Origin: a bacterium
Lineage (GTDB): Bacteria; Krumholzibacteriota; Krumholzibacteriia; LZORAL124-64-63
Assembly: GCA_031441465.1 (NCBI GenBank)
Contig: JANOEP010000009.1
Coordinates: forward strand, 122,149 to 186,148
Direction of reading: 5' to 3'
DNA: 64,000 bases
Shown in pieces: positions 1 to 8,439 of this stretch (positions within the stretch are counted from its first letter, which is position 1; every line of letters begins with the position of its first letter). Under the pieces are notes generated by a model, which was not told where the DNA came from, did not search any database, and saw only the letters and a list, made by a program, of their open reading frames with translations. Position numbers and translations under genes: made by a program.

Positions 1-594
1 CCGCCGGCGACCGACCTGCGCCTGCGCGTGGCGGTCACCGAGGACGATGTCTACTACCTCGGCTCCAACGGTCAAGCCTACCACGACCAGGCCTTCCGCC
101 GCCTGTACCCCTCCACCGAAGGCCTGCCCGTGCCGCCGGCGCCCGGCACCTACCGCTTCGTGGTGCCGTGCCCGCTCGAGTCTTCGTGGAACTACGCCAA
201 GCTGCGCGCCACGGCCTACGTGCAGGACAACGACTCCTGGGCGGTGCACAACACGACCACCAGTTTCCTGTCACAACGGGCCAACACCGTGAGCGCCGAC
301 AACATCACGGTTCCGGCGCGGCTGACCACAGAACCGGTGCGCCCCAACCCGTTCAATCCTTCCACCTCGATCTCGTTTTCGCTGCCCGCGGCGCAGCGGG
401 TGCGAGTCACGGTGCACGACCTCGAAGGCAAGCTCGTCGCCACGCTGCTCGACGAGCAGCGCGCGGCCGGTCCCCACAGCGCCGTATGGGACGGGCACGA
501 CGCTGCGGGCCGCGCCGCGGCCTCCGGCACCTACGTGTTCCGGATCGAGGCCGACGGGGTGACCGCGACGAGGCGGGCGATGCTGGTGAAATGA
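1..594 (+). CDS. 3' part of secreted protein with C-terminal FlgD-Ig/T9SS-like sorting domain (starts before window)
   Basis: Open frame from the window edge; C-terminal PNPFNPSTSISF...WDG...SGTY...RRAMLVK motif; the preceding part resembles Omp28-like domains (weak). Confidence 0.8.
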   Translation, partial: PPATDLRLRVAVTEDDVYYLGSNGQAYHDQAFRRLYPSTEGLPVPPAPGTYRFVVPCPLESSWNYAKLRATAYVQDNDSWAVHNTTTSFLSQRANTVSADNITVPARLTTEPVRPNPFNPSTSISFSLPAAQRVRVTVHDLEGKLVATLLDEQRAAGPHSAVWDGHDAAGRAAASGTYVFRIEADGVTATRRAMLVK

Positions 595-617
595 CATCTG
601 CCATCATCACCTGAAAG

Positions 618-650
618 AGAGGACCCGGGGCGCGAGCTCCGGGTCCTTTT
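618..650 (+). terminator. intrinsic terminator, probably bidirectional
   Basis: AGGACCCGGGGC-GCGA-GCTCCGGGTCCT followed by TTT, between convergent genes. Confidence 0.8.
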
Positions 651-683
651 CGTCGGATCTTTATGCGAGGAAACAGTCCCCGC

Positions 684-1073
684 CTACGCTCCCGATGACA
701 CAGGATCTTGAAAGGGCGCCGGCTCACCGTCATCGCCGAGGTTGACGTAGGTGACGTCGGCGCCGGTCACCTTCACGGCGCCGCCGTCGCGGCGCTCGGC
801 TTCGACCTCGATGCGGATGGTGATGGACGTGCGGCCGGTCCGCTCGACTTCGGTGTAGAAGCTGACCAGGTCGCCGACCTGCACGGGGGCGTGGAAGACG
901 ACTTTTTCCATGGCGACGGTCACCACGCGACGGCAGCCGTGGCGGTGGGCGGCCACGGCGCCGGCCTGGTCGATGTGGCTGAGGATGACGCCGCCGAAGA
1001 TCGTGCCGTGGGCGTTGGTGTCGCGCGGCATCATGAGCACGCGGATGGCGGGTTCGCGGCGGGTCGGGTTCAT
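684..1073 (-). CDS. acyl-CoA thioesterase (hotdog fold, YciA-like)
   Basis: MPRDTNAHGTIFGG...DQAG and F.APV.VGD motifs. Confidence 0.9.
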   Translation of the reverse strand: MNPTRREPAIRVLMMPRDTNAHGTIFGGVILSHIDQAGAVAAHRHGCRRVVTVAMEKVVFHAPVQVGDLVSFYTEVERTGRTSITIRIEVEAERRDGGAVKVTGADVTYVNLGDDGEPAPFQDPVSSGA

Positions 1074-1113
1074 GCGCTTCCTTTCGGAACGCGGCGGCGC
1101 CGCCGCGGTGACG

Positions 1114-4100
1114 TCAGCCCTCGGCGCGGGGCGCCGGCTGGGGCTTACGGCGCTCGGCGTCGGCCGCTTCGATCATCAGGTCCACGGCGCGGTCGAGCTG
1201 CGGGTCGCGGCGGTGCAGGCGATCGGCCGGGGTCAGCGCGACCGGCACGTCCGGCACGCAGCCCGCCCCGTCGCGCTTGGCCTCCTGGGGGCGGCCGTTG
1301 CGCTCGAGGCGGCGCTCGTCGCCCCAGATCCACCAGCCGCGGAAGGGCAGGCGCACGAAGCCGCGGTAGCGGTTGTCGAAGGCGCCGGTGGAGATGACGT
1401 TGCCGCCGGTCTCGGCGCCGACCACCGGTCCGCGGCCGATGGTCTGCATCGCGTGGCTGAAGATCTCGGCGTTGGAGTAGCTGCCCTCGTTGCAGATCAC
1501 GGCCACCGGCTTCGACCAGCGGGTGAAGGGCTGGCGCTCGGTCTGCGGGTAGCCGACCTCCCCGCCGCGGCTGATCGTGAACGCGTGCACCGGCTGCGTC
1601 AGGATCGTCAGCAGCAGGTCGGTGGTCCAGCCGCCGCCGTTGTCCCTCACGTCGATGACGAGCGCCTCCTTGCCGTCGGCGGCGGCGAACAGTTCCTGCT
1701 GGAAGCGCTCGACCTCGCCGAGGCCCATGCCCTGGATGTGCACGTAGCCGACGCGGCCGCCGCTGCGCTGTTCGGCGCTGCCGCGCCGCTCGCGCTCGGT
1801 CGCGAGGTACTGCAGCTGGCGCTCGTCGGCCCACTTCTGGGGCACGACCTGGAATTCGAGCTGCTCGCGCCCGCGACGCGCCGCGAGCCACAGCGGGACG
1901 CCGGCGCCGTTCTCCAGCGCGGCCTCCAGGCTCGCGTCGCGGCCGACGGGGCGGCCGTCGACGGACAGCAGCAGATCGCCCGGCTGCAGGCGGGCGCGCT
2001 CGCGGTCGCAGGGGCCGTTGCGCAGGACGCGGGCCACCTTCAGACCCTCGCCGTCGTGGGCGGGATCGAACTCCAGGCCGAGGCAGCCGTCGTCGCCGTA
2101 GTTGCCGATCGGCTCCCAGCCGGGACGGTAGCCCATGTGGCTGGCGTTCAGCTCGCCGAGCATGAGGTTCATGACGTCGCCGAAGTCCGTGTCGTGGGCC
2201 ACGCCCTGGACCCAGGCGGCGTACTTGCCGCGCAGGCGGGGCCAGTCCGCGCCGTGCATGCCGGGGTCGTAGAAGCGGTCGCGCAGGGTGCGCCAGGCTT
2301 CGTCCATGACACGCAGCCGCACGGCCGGACGGTCGATCGTCAGGCGCGCGGTGAAGCTCACGGTCTCGGTCTTGCCCCCCTCGGCCGGCGTCGTGGCCGG
2401 CTTGCCGCCCTTGAGGTAGGTGAAGGTCTTGCCCTTGGCGTCCAGGCGGAGGCGGCGGGGTTTCGCGTCGCCCTCGGTCACGGCCTGGCGGTCCTCGCCG
2501 AAGCGGTCCACCGACCAGAGGTCGCTCGCCTCGCCCCGTTGCGCCAGGAAGTAGACCCGGTCGCCGTGGGGCTCGGCGGCCACGGGCATCTCGCTGTCCG
2601 GCAGGTTCGTGAGGCGGCGGCCGCGCAGGTGGATGTCCTGGAAGTCGACGGCGACGACGACCGCGTCCTTGGCCTTTTCCTTTTCCTTGTCCTTGTCCTT
2701 GTCGCCGTCCTTCTCCTTGTCGGCGTCCTTCTTCTTGTCGTCGCGCGACTTCTGCTCGATCTCCCACTCCTCGCGCGTGCGCTCGTGGTCGGCGAGGGTG
2801 AGGTAGAGCATGTAGACGTCGTGGTCGCGGTCGCCGGGGTCGTGGGCGTGGCGCGTCGTGGACCAGAAGAGCTGGCGGCCGTCCGGCGACCAGACCGGGT
2901 TCTCGTCGTAGGCGGGATGGCGCGTGACGTTCACGGCCTCGCCCCCGTCGGCGGGCACGAGCCAGATGTCCGAGTTGTCGTCGCGATCGGCGCGCCCGAT
3001 CGCGAGCCAGCGGCCGTCGGGCGACCAGGCGAAGGAGTCCAGGTTCCAGTGGCGGGCGAGCGTCCGGTCGCCGGACCCGTCGGCCTGCATGACGTGCAGG
3101 TCGCCGAGGCCGCGCACGTAGGCGATGCGGCGGCCGTCGGGCGACCAGGCGGCGCGGCCGCAGGGCACCTCGTCATCCTGGCCGGCGCCACCGGTCAGGC
3201 GCACCAGTTCCTGGCGGCGGGCCCGGCGCGGCAGCGGCTCGCCGGAATCGCCCGAGACCAGCAGGTAGACGGCGTCCTCGCCGTCGCGGTCGCTGACCAG
3301 CAGCAGGGTGTCGGCGCCGCCGGGCCGGAACGAGGGCGCCTGCTCGAGCGACGGGCCGGGCACCGCCACGGCGGCGCGGCCGCCCTGCTGGCGGTTCAGC
3401 AGGACGATCTCGCCGGCGATCGTCAGCGCGAGTTCGTCGCCGTCGTCGGCGACGGCGAGGTCGTCGGCGTCCGCGGTCTTCGACTCGACGACCACCCGGT
3501 TCTCGATCTGGTCGGCGGCCACGCCGATCGCGAGGCGGCGGGGCTCGCCGGCGCCGGGTTCGAACACGTAGAGGTCCGTGCCGCGCTCCAGGACCAGACG
3601 GCGGCCGGCCATGCCGAGCGAGGCGGCGCGCACGCCGTCCCCCTCGAAGAAGGTCAGCTGGCGCTTGTCGGCGCCGTCGGGCCCCATGGTCCAGACGTTG
3701 GCGGTCAGGGCCGCGTCCTGGTCCGACAGCCAATAGATCCGGCCGTCGGGGGCCGTCATGGGGTTGGAGTCGTAGCCGCGGTTGGCGGTCAGGGGCGCCG
3801 GATCGCCGCCGCGCGTCCAGGTATGCAGTTCCCGCTGGTAGGTGCCGCGGTAGCGCATGCGCCCGCCGCCGGTGCTGCCCTCGGCGTAGACGAAGGTGCG
3901 GCCGTCGGCGGTGGCGACCTCGTCGGCGAAGACGTCGACGAGTCGGACCGGCGTGCCGCCGGTCACCGGCACGGCGTGGATCTGGGGCGACATCGGGTAG
4001 TCGAACAGTCGCCGCGAGGTGAAGTAGACGGTGCGGCCGTCCGGCGAGAAGGCGCGCGGGATGTCGCCGGTGCCGGCGTAGGTGAGGCGGGTCGGCGGGC

Positions 4101-4398
4101 CGCCGTCCAGGGGCATGACGAACACGTCGTCGTCGCCGAACCGGTTGGAGGCGAAGGCCAGGCTGAGGCCGTCGGGCGCGAAGACGGGCGCCGTGTCGTA
4201 GGCCTGGTGGGCGGTCAGGCGGACCGCCTCGCCGCCCTGCGCCGAAACGCGCCACAGGTCGCCCTGGAAGCCGAAGACGACCGTGGCGCCGTCGGGGCTG
4301 AGCGCCGGGCTGCGCGGCATGAACACCTCGGCCGCGCGGGCGGTCGGGGCAGCGAGAACCAGCAGGACGGCCACCGCAGCCGCATACTTCGACGTCAT
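1114..4398 (-). CDS. tricorn-like S41 peptidase (PD40 beta-propellers, PDZ, S41 catalytic domain), secreted
   Basis: ATG 4398 with GGAGG RBS and signal peptide; repeated WSPDG motifs; ELNASH, DVRDNGGG, SYSNAE (catalytic Ser). Confidence 0.88.
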   Translation of the reverse strand: MTSKYAAAVAVLLVLAAPTARAAEVFMPRSPALSPDGATVVFGFQGDLWRVSAQGGEAVRLTAHQAYDTAPVFAPDGLSLAFASNRFGDDDVFVMPLDGGPPTRLTYAGTGDIPRAFSPDGRTVYFTSRRLFDYPMSPQIHAVPVTGGTPVRLVDVFADEVATADGRTFVYAEGSTGGGRMRYRGTYQRELHTWTRGGDPAPLTANRGYDSNPMTAPDGRIYWLSDQDAALTANVWTMGPDGADKRQLTFFEGDGVRAASLGMAGRRLVLERGTDLYVFEPGAGEPRRLAIGVAADQIENRVVVESKTADADDLAVADDGDELALTIAGEIVLLNRQQGGRAAVAVPGPSLEQAPSFRPGGADTLLLVSDRDGEDAVYLLVSGDSGEPLPRRARRQELVRLTGGAGQDDEVPCGRAAWSPDGRRIAYVRGLGDLHVMQADGSGDRTLARHWNLDSFAWSPDGRWLAIGRADRDDNSDIWLVPADGGEAVNVTRHPAYDENPVWSPDGRQLFWSTTRHAHDPGDRDHDVYMLYLTLADHERTREEWEIEQKSRDDKKKDADKEKDGDKDKDKEKEKAKDAVVVAVDFQDIHLRGRRLTNLPDSEMPVAAEPHGDRVYFLAQRGEASDLWSVDRFGEDRQAVTEGDAKPRRLRLDAKGKTFTYLKGGKPATTPAEGGKTETVSFTARLTIDRPAVRLRVMDEAWRTLRDRFYDPGMHGADWPRLRGKYAAWVQGVAHDTDFGDVMNLMLGELNASHMGYRPGWEPIGNYGDDGCLGLEFDPAHDGEGLKVARVLRNGPCDRERARLQPGDLLLSVDGRPVGRDASLEAALENGAGVPLWLAARRGREQLEFQVVPQKWADERQLQYLATERERRGSAEQRSGGRVGYVHIQGMGLGEVERFQQELFAAADGKEALVIDVRDNGGGWTTDLLLTILTQPVHAFTISRGGEVGYPQTERQPFTRWSKPVAVICNEGSYSNAEIFSHAMQTIGRGPVVGAETGGNVISTGAFDNRYRGFVRLPFRGWWIWGDERRLERNGRPQEAKRDGAGCVPDVPVALTPADRLHRRDPQLDRAVDLMIEAADAERRKPQPAPRAEG

Positions 4399-4579
4399 CG
4401 ATCGCCTCCAGGAAGGGCGTGGGTTCGGCCGGAAACCGGGGCCGGCGGCGCCGGTTGCCGGGCATCGTAGCCGCGGTCCGCTCCGGAGGGCAACCTTCCG
4501 GTCGAGAAAGTTGTGGGCCGATCGCGTAAGACGCATGATGACAACGAGATGTTTCGGCGGTAAATTTCCGGCCTCCATC

Positions 4580-4610
4580 TTGACATTTCCCTGGAACGCC
4601 GTCACATTAT
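4580..4610 (+). promoter_or_regulatory. putative sigma-70 promoter for the acidic-ORF/speB operon
   Basis: TTGACA at 4580-4585, then CACATT (17-bp spacer) or CATTAT (19-bp spacer). Confidence 0.5.
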
Positions 4611-4870
4611 GGCCCTCGATTCGGCGACCCGGTCCCCCGGTGCCTGGTCGGCGCCGCCTCGCGCCATTGGCCGCGGCACCGATCCTGCATCGTGCAACGA
4701 GCGACGAGGAGTGGGCTTCGATGCCTCACCGTCACCGGCGCAGCCCCGGAGATAGCGATCCCGAGGCCAAGCCTCCGATCAAGCGCAAGCGTCTCGGGAC
4801 AGAGCGCCCGTCACGCGAGCCGGAAGTTCCGTTCTACAACCGACGCACCCCACGCGATGGGAGGGACCCG

Positions 4871-5017
4871 ATGAAGAACGACTGGAACAACGACGAGACC
4901 ATCGAACTCGAGGACGACGATCTGGAAGAGGACGACGACCTCGAAGAGGACGAGGACTTCGACGACGACGAGGACTTCGAAGAGGACGACGTCGAGGAAG
5001 CGGACGACGACAGTTGA
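4871..5017 (+). CDS. 48-aa extremely acidic small protein (possible leader peptide)
   Basis: GGGAGGG RBS then ATG; 32 of 48 residues are D/E; stop TGA overlaps the TTG start of speB. An alternative in-frame ATG lies at 4721. Confidence 0.65.
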   Translation: MKNDWNNDETIELEDDDLEEDDDLEEDEDFDDDEDFEEDDVEEADDDS

Positions 5018-5883
5018 CGTGGCCGCTGCATGACGATCCCGGGGCGTTCGGGGGCCTCCCGGAACGCCCCGTTCCGGATCACTGCCGCTTTGCGGTGCTC
5101 CCGATCCCCTACGACGGCACCTCCACGTGGCGCAAGGGCGCCGACCGCGGCCCCGACGCCCTGCTCGCGGCTTCGGCGAACATGGAACTTTACGACATCG
5201 AGACCGCCGGCGAGCCGTGGCGAGCCGGCATCGTCACGATGGCGCCGGTGCTGCACGACGGCCCGCCCGAGGGCATGGTGGCGAAGGTCCGCGCCGCGGC
5301 CGACGACCTGCTGGACCGCGGTCTCACCGTGGTCGGGCTCGGCGGCGAGCACTCCGTGAGCATCGGCCTGATCCAGGCCCACGCGGCGCGCCACCCCGGG
5401 CTGACGGTCCTGCAGTTCGACGCGCACGGCGACACCCGCGACACATACGAGGGCTCGCCCAACAACCACGCCTGCGTCATGGCGCGGGCGGCCGAAGTCG
5501 CCGACTATGTGCAGGTCGGCATCCGCAGCCTCGACGCCGCCGAGGCGCCGAAGCTCCGCCCCGGCCGCACCTTCTTCGCCCACGAGATCGGCGAAGGGTA
5601 CGATTTCATCCCGGCGGTGGTCGAACGCCTGTCCGGCCCGGTCTACGTGACCGTCGACCTGGACGTTTTCGATCCGGGGATCATGCCGTCGACCGGCACC
5701 CCCGAGCCCGGCGGCCTCTCCTACCGGCAGGTCGTCCGCACCCTGGCCGCGGTGGCGCGCAGCCGCCGCATCGTCGGCTTCGACGTGGTCGAGCTGCTGC
5801 CCGACCCCCGCAACCCCGGCCCGGATTTCCTGGCGGCGCGCCTGGCCTACCAGATCATGGCCTACCTGACCGCCCGGCAGTAA
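5014..5883 (+). CDS. speB: agmatinase (ureohydrolase family)
   Basis: GGEHS, DAHGD, DLDVFDP, TGTPEPGG and DVVE motifs; TTG start. Confidence 0.9.
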   Translation: MTWPLHDDPGAFGGLPERPVPDHCRFAVLPIPYDGTSTWRKGADRGPDALLAASANMELYDIETAGEPWRAGIVTMAPVLHDGPPEGMVAKVRAAADDLLDRGLTVVGLGGEHSVSIGLIQAHAARHPGLTVLQFDAHGDTRDTYEGSPNNHACVMARAAEVADYVQVGIRSLDAAEAPKLRPGRTFFAHEIGEGYDFIPAVVERLSGPVYVTVDLDVFDPGIMPSTGTPEPGGLSYRQVVRTLAAVARSRRIVGFDVVELLPDPRNPGPDFLAARLAYQIMAYLTARQ

Positions 5884-5893
5884 GGAGTCCCCG

Positions 5894-6907
5894 ATGCAGA
5901 AGAGCGACCTCCTCAAGGACGTGGTCCGCCACGTCGACGTCACGGCCTTCGACGCGCGGCCGCTGATCGACTCCTACCGGGACATGGCCTTCCAGGCCCG
6001 CAACCTGGCCACCGCGGCGGGGATCCTGCACCGCATGGAATCCGACCACGGCTGCGGCGTCATCCTGACGCTCGCCGGATCGCTGATCAGCGCCGGCCTG
6101 AAGGACGCGATCGCCCTGATGATCGAGAACGACATGGTGGACGCCGTGGTCTCCACGGGCGCCAACATCGTCGACCAGGACTTCTTCGAGGCGCTCGGCT
6201 TCCGCCACTACAAGGGCACGCCCTTCATCGACGACCAGATGCTGCGCGGCCTGGCCATCGACCGCATCTACGACACGTACATCGACGAGGACGAGCTGCG
6301 CATCTGCGACATGACCGTCGCCGAGATCGCCGACGGCCTCGAGCCGCGGCCCTACTCGTCGCGCGAGTTCGTCGCGGCGATGGGCGCCTTCATCGAGGCC
6401 AGGGGCCTGAAGTCCGACCACTCGATCGTCCACGCCGCCTGGCGCAAGGGCGTACCGATCTTTTGCCCCGCCTTCAGCGACTGCTCGGCCGGCTTCGGCC
6501 TGGTGCACCACCAGTGGCACCGCGAGAAGTACCTGACCATCGACTCCGTGGCCGACTTCCGCGAGCTGACGCAGATCAAGCTCGAGGTCGGCGAGACCGG
6601 CCTGCTGATGCTCGGCGGCGGCGTGCCCAAGAACTTCACCCAGGACGTGGTGGTGGCCACCGAGATCCTGGGCCGCGAGCAGCCGATGCACAAATACGCC
6701 ATCCAGCTGACCGTCGCCGACGAGCGCGACGGCGCCCTCTCGGGCTCGACCCTGAAGGAGGCCTGCTCCTGGGGCAAGGTGGACACGGTGTACGAGCAGA
6801 TGGTCTACGGCGAGGCGACCGTCACCTTCCCCCTGCTGGTCAGCGACGCCTGGCACCGGGGCGGCTGGCGCGGGCGGCCCTCGCGACGGTTCAACGACCT
6901 CTTCTAG
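5894..6907 (+). CDS. deoxyhypusine synthase family protein (likely homospermidine synthase-type)
   Basis: STGAN, IDRIYD, GGGVPKNF, DGALSGS and EACSWGK (active-site Lys); AGGAG RBS. Confidence 0.9.
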   Translation: MQKSDLLKDVVRHVDVTAFDARPLIDSYRDMAFQARNLATAAGILHRMESDHGCGVILTLAGSLISAGLKDAIALMIENDMVDAVVSTGANIVDQDFFEALGFRHYKGTPFIDDQMLRGLAIDRIYDTYIDEDELRICDMTVAEIADGLEPRPYSSREFVAAMGAFIEARGLKSDHSIVHAAWRKGVPIFCPAFSDCSAGFGLVHHQWHREKYLTIDSVADFRELTQIKLEVGETGLLMLGGGVPKNFTQDVVVATEILGREQPMHKYAIQLTVADERDGALSGSTLKEACSWGKVDTVYEQMVYGEATVTFPLLVSDAWHRGGWRGRPSRRFNDLF

Positions 6908-6923
6908 CACCGGGAAGGCGGCG

Positions 6924-7652
6924 ATGGGCGCGACCCAGGACAGCTTCGACCTGCAGCCGGGACGCATCCTGGCGCGCAAGTTCGAGGTGATCCGCCGCCT
7001 GGGCGCCGGCTGGGAGGGCGAGGTCTACCTGGTGCGCGAGAGCGTCACCGGCATCGACCGCGCCGCCAAGCTCTTCTTCCCGGTGCGCAACCCCCGCAAC
7101 CGCACCCTCAACGAGTACGCCCGGCGCCTGCACCGGCTGCGCGAATGCCCCATCCTGGTCAACTACGTCACCCAGGAGACCATCCGCGTGCGCGGCGACG
7201 ACGTCGCGGTGCTGATCTCGGAGTTCGTGGACGGGGAGCTGCTCTGGGAGTTCCTGGCGCGCCAGCCCGGCCACCGCCTCGACGCGTTCCAGGGTCTGCA
7301 CCTGCTGCACGCGCTGGCCGTCGGCGTCTCGGCGATCCACGCGAGCAACGACTACCACGGCGACCTGCACGCCTCGAACGTCATCGTCAAGCGGCTGGGC
7401 CTAGGCTTCGAGGTCCGCCTGCTCGACCTGCACCGCTGGCCGGGTTCGCGGACCTCGAACATCCAGGAAGACGTCTGCAATCTCGTGCGCCTGCTCTACG
7501 ACGTGCTGGGCGGCCGGCGCACCTACGCGAAGCACCCGGCCGAGATCAAGGGCGTGCTGCGGGGGTTGCGCCGCTCGCTGATCCTCGAGAGCTTCCGCAC
7601 CGCCGGCGACCTCGCCCTGCACCTCGAGACCATGCCCTGGGAATCCCGATGA
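6924..7652 (+). CDS. stand-alone Ser/Thr protein kinase-like protein
   Basis: LGAGWEGEVY Gly-loop, AAK, catalytic loop HGDLHASN, DLH in the DFG position. Confidence 0.8.
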   Translation: MGATQDSFDLQPGRILARKFEVIRRLGAGWEGEVYLVRESVTGIDRAAKLFFPVRNPRNRTLNEYARRLHRLRECPILVNYVTQETIRVRGDDVAVLISEFVDGELLWEFLARQPGHRLDAFQGLHLLHALAVGVSAIHASNDYHGDLHASNVIVKRLGLGFEVRLLDLHRWPGSRTSNIQEDVCNLVRLLYDVLGGRRTYAKHPAEIKGVLRGLRRSLILESFRTAGDLALHLETMPWESR

Positions 7653-7671
7653 ACCGGCGCGGGGTCGCGGC

Positions 7672-8376
7672 GTGACGCCCCTGGAATTCGAACCTGCCGG
7701 CTTCGACATCCTCCACGAATGGGGCCCTTGCCTGGTCGTCGGCAAGCCGCCGGGGCTGTTGACACAGGCGCCACCGGGCATCGACAGCCTGGAGGCGCGC
7801 GTGCGCGTGTTCCTGCAGGCGCGGGACGGCCGGGCCGCGGGCGCCCACCTCGGCGTGGTGCACCGCCTGGATCGTCCGGCGAGCGGCGCGCTGCTGCTGG
7901 GCCTGACACCCGCGGCCACGCGCAAGCTGAGCCGGCAGATCGAGCAGCGACAGGTGCGCAAGCTCTACTGGGCGCTGGTGGGCGGGGCGCCGGCGGCGGG
8001 CGCCTGGTCGGACCACGTGCGCAAGGTGCCGGACGAGCCCCGCGCCGAGATCGTCCCGGTGGAACATCCGGACGCTCGCTTGGCGACGCTGCACTGCCGC
8101 ATCCTGCAGTCGGGGCCGGGGTTCACCTGGCTCGAGATCGAACTGGAGACGGGGCGCACGCACCAGATCCGGCTGCAGGCGGCGAGCCGGGGGCATCCGG
8201 TGCTGGGCGACGCGCAGTACGGCTCGGCCGTTCCCTTCGGGGAGCAGCCTGCGGATCCGCGCCTGCGGGCGATCGCGCTGCACGCGCGATTGCTCGGCTT
8301 CCGGGATCCGACCACGGGGGAGGATGTGGAGGTCGTTGCGGCGCCGCCGGCGGCTTGGGGCGGGTTTCTTGCTTGA
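7672..8376 (+). CDS. RluA-family RNA pseudouridine synthase
   Basis: KPPGLL, HRLDRPASG and GRTHQIR motifs. Confidence 0.92.
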   Translation: MTPLEFEPAGFDILHEWGPCLVVGKPPGLLTQAPPGIDSLEARVRVFLQARDGRAAGAHLGVVHRLDRPASGALLLGLTPAATRKLSRQIEQRQVRKLYWALVGGAPAAGAWSDHVRKVPDEPRAEIVPVEHPDARLATLHCRILQSGPGFTWLEIELETGRTHQIRLQAASRGHPVLGDAQYGSAVPFGEQPADPRLRAIALHARLLGFRDPTTGEDVEVVAAPPAAWGGFLA

Positions 8377-8380
8377 TCGA

Positions 8381-8425
8381 AAAAGAAGAAGTCCGGGCGG
8401 CCGCGGGGCGCCCGGACTTCTTCGA
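8381..8425. terminator. bidirectional intrinsic terminator
   Basis: GAAGAAGTCCGGGCG / CGCCCGGACTTCTTC 15-bp inverted repeat between convergent genes. Confidence 0.8.
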
Positions 8426-8439
8426 CTCGTCCCGCGGCT

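Noticed and set aside
910..4470. 1186-aa plus-strand ORF and similar long antisense ORFs (9642-11510, 17026-20433, 19994-22417, 23211-27308, 27571-30204, 30472-32232)
   Set aside because: Shadow frames of real genes in high-GC DNA; no motifs and biased composition.
4611..4870. Guanidine, SAM or SAH riboswitch upstream of the ureohydrolase
   Set aside because: I could not match the conserved motifs of these classes; kept only as an unassigned leader.
4900..5012. Tandem 18-nt repeats as a CRISPR array or VNTR
   Set aside because: No spacers; degenerate codon-level repeats of a D/E peptide.
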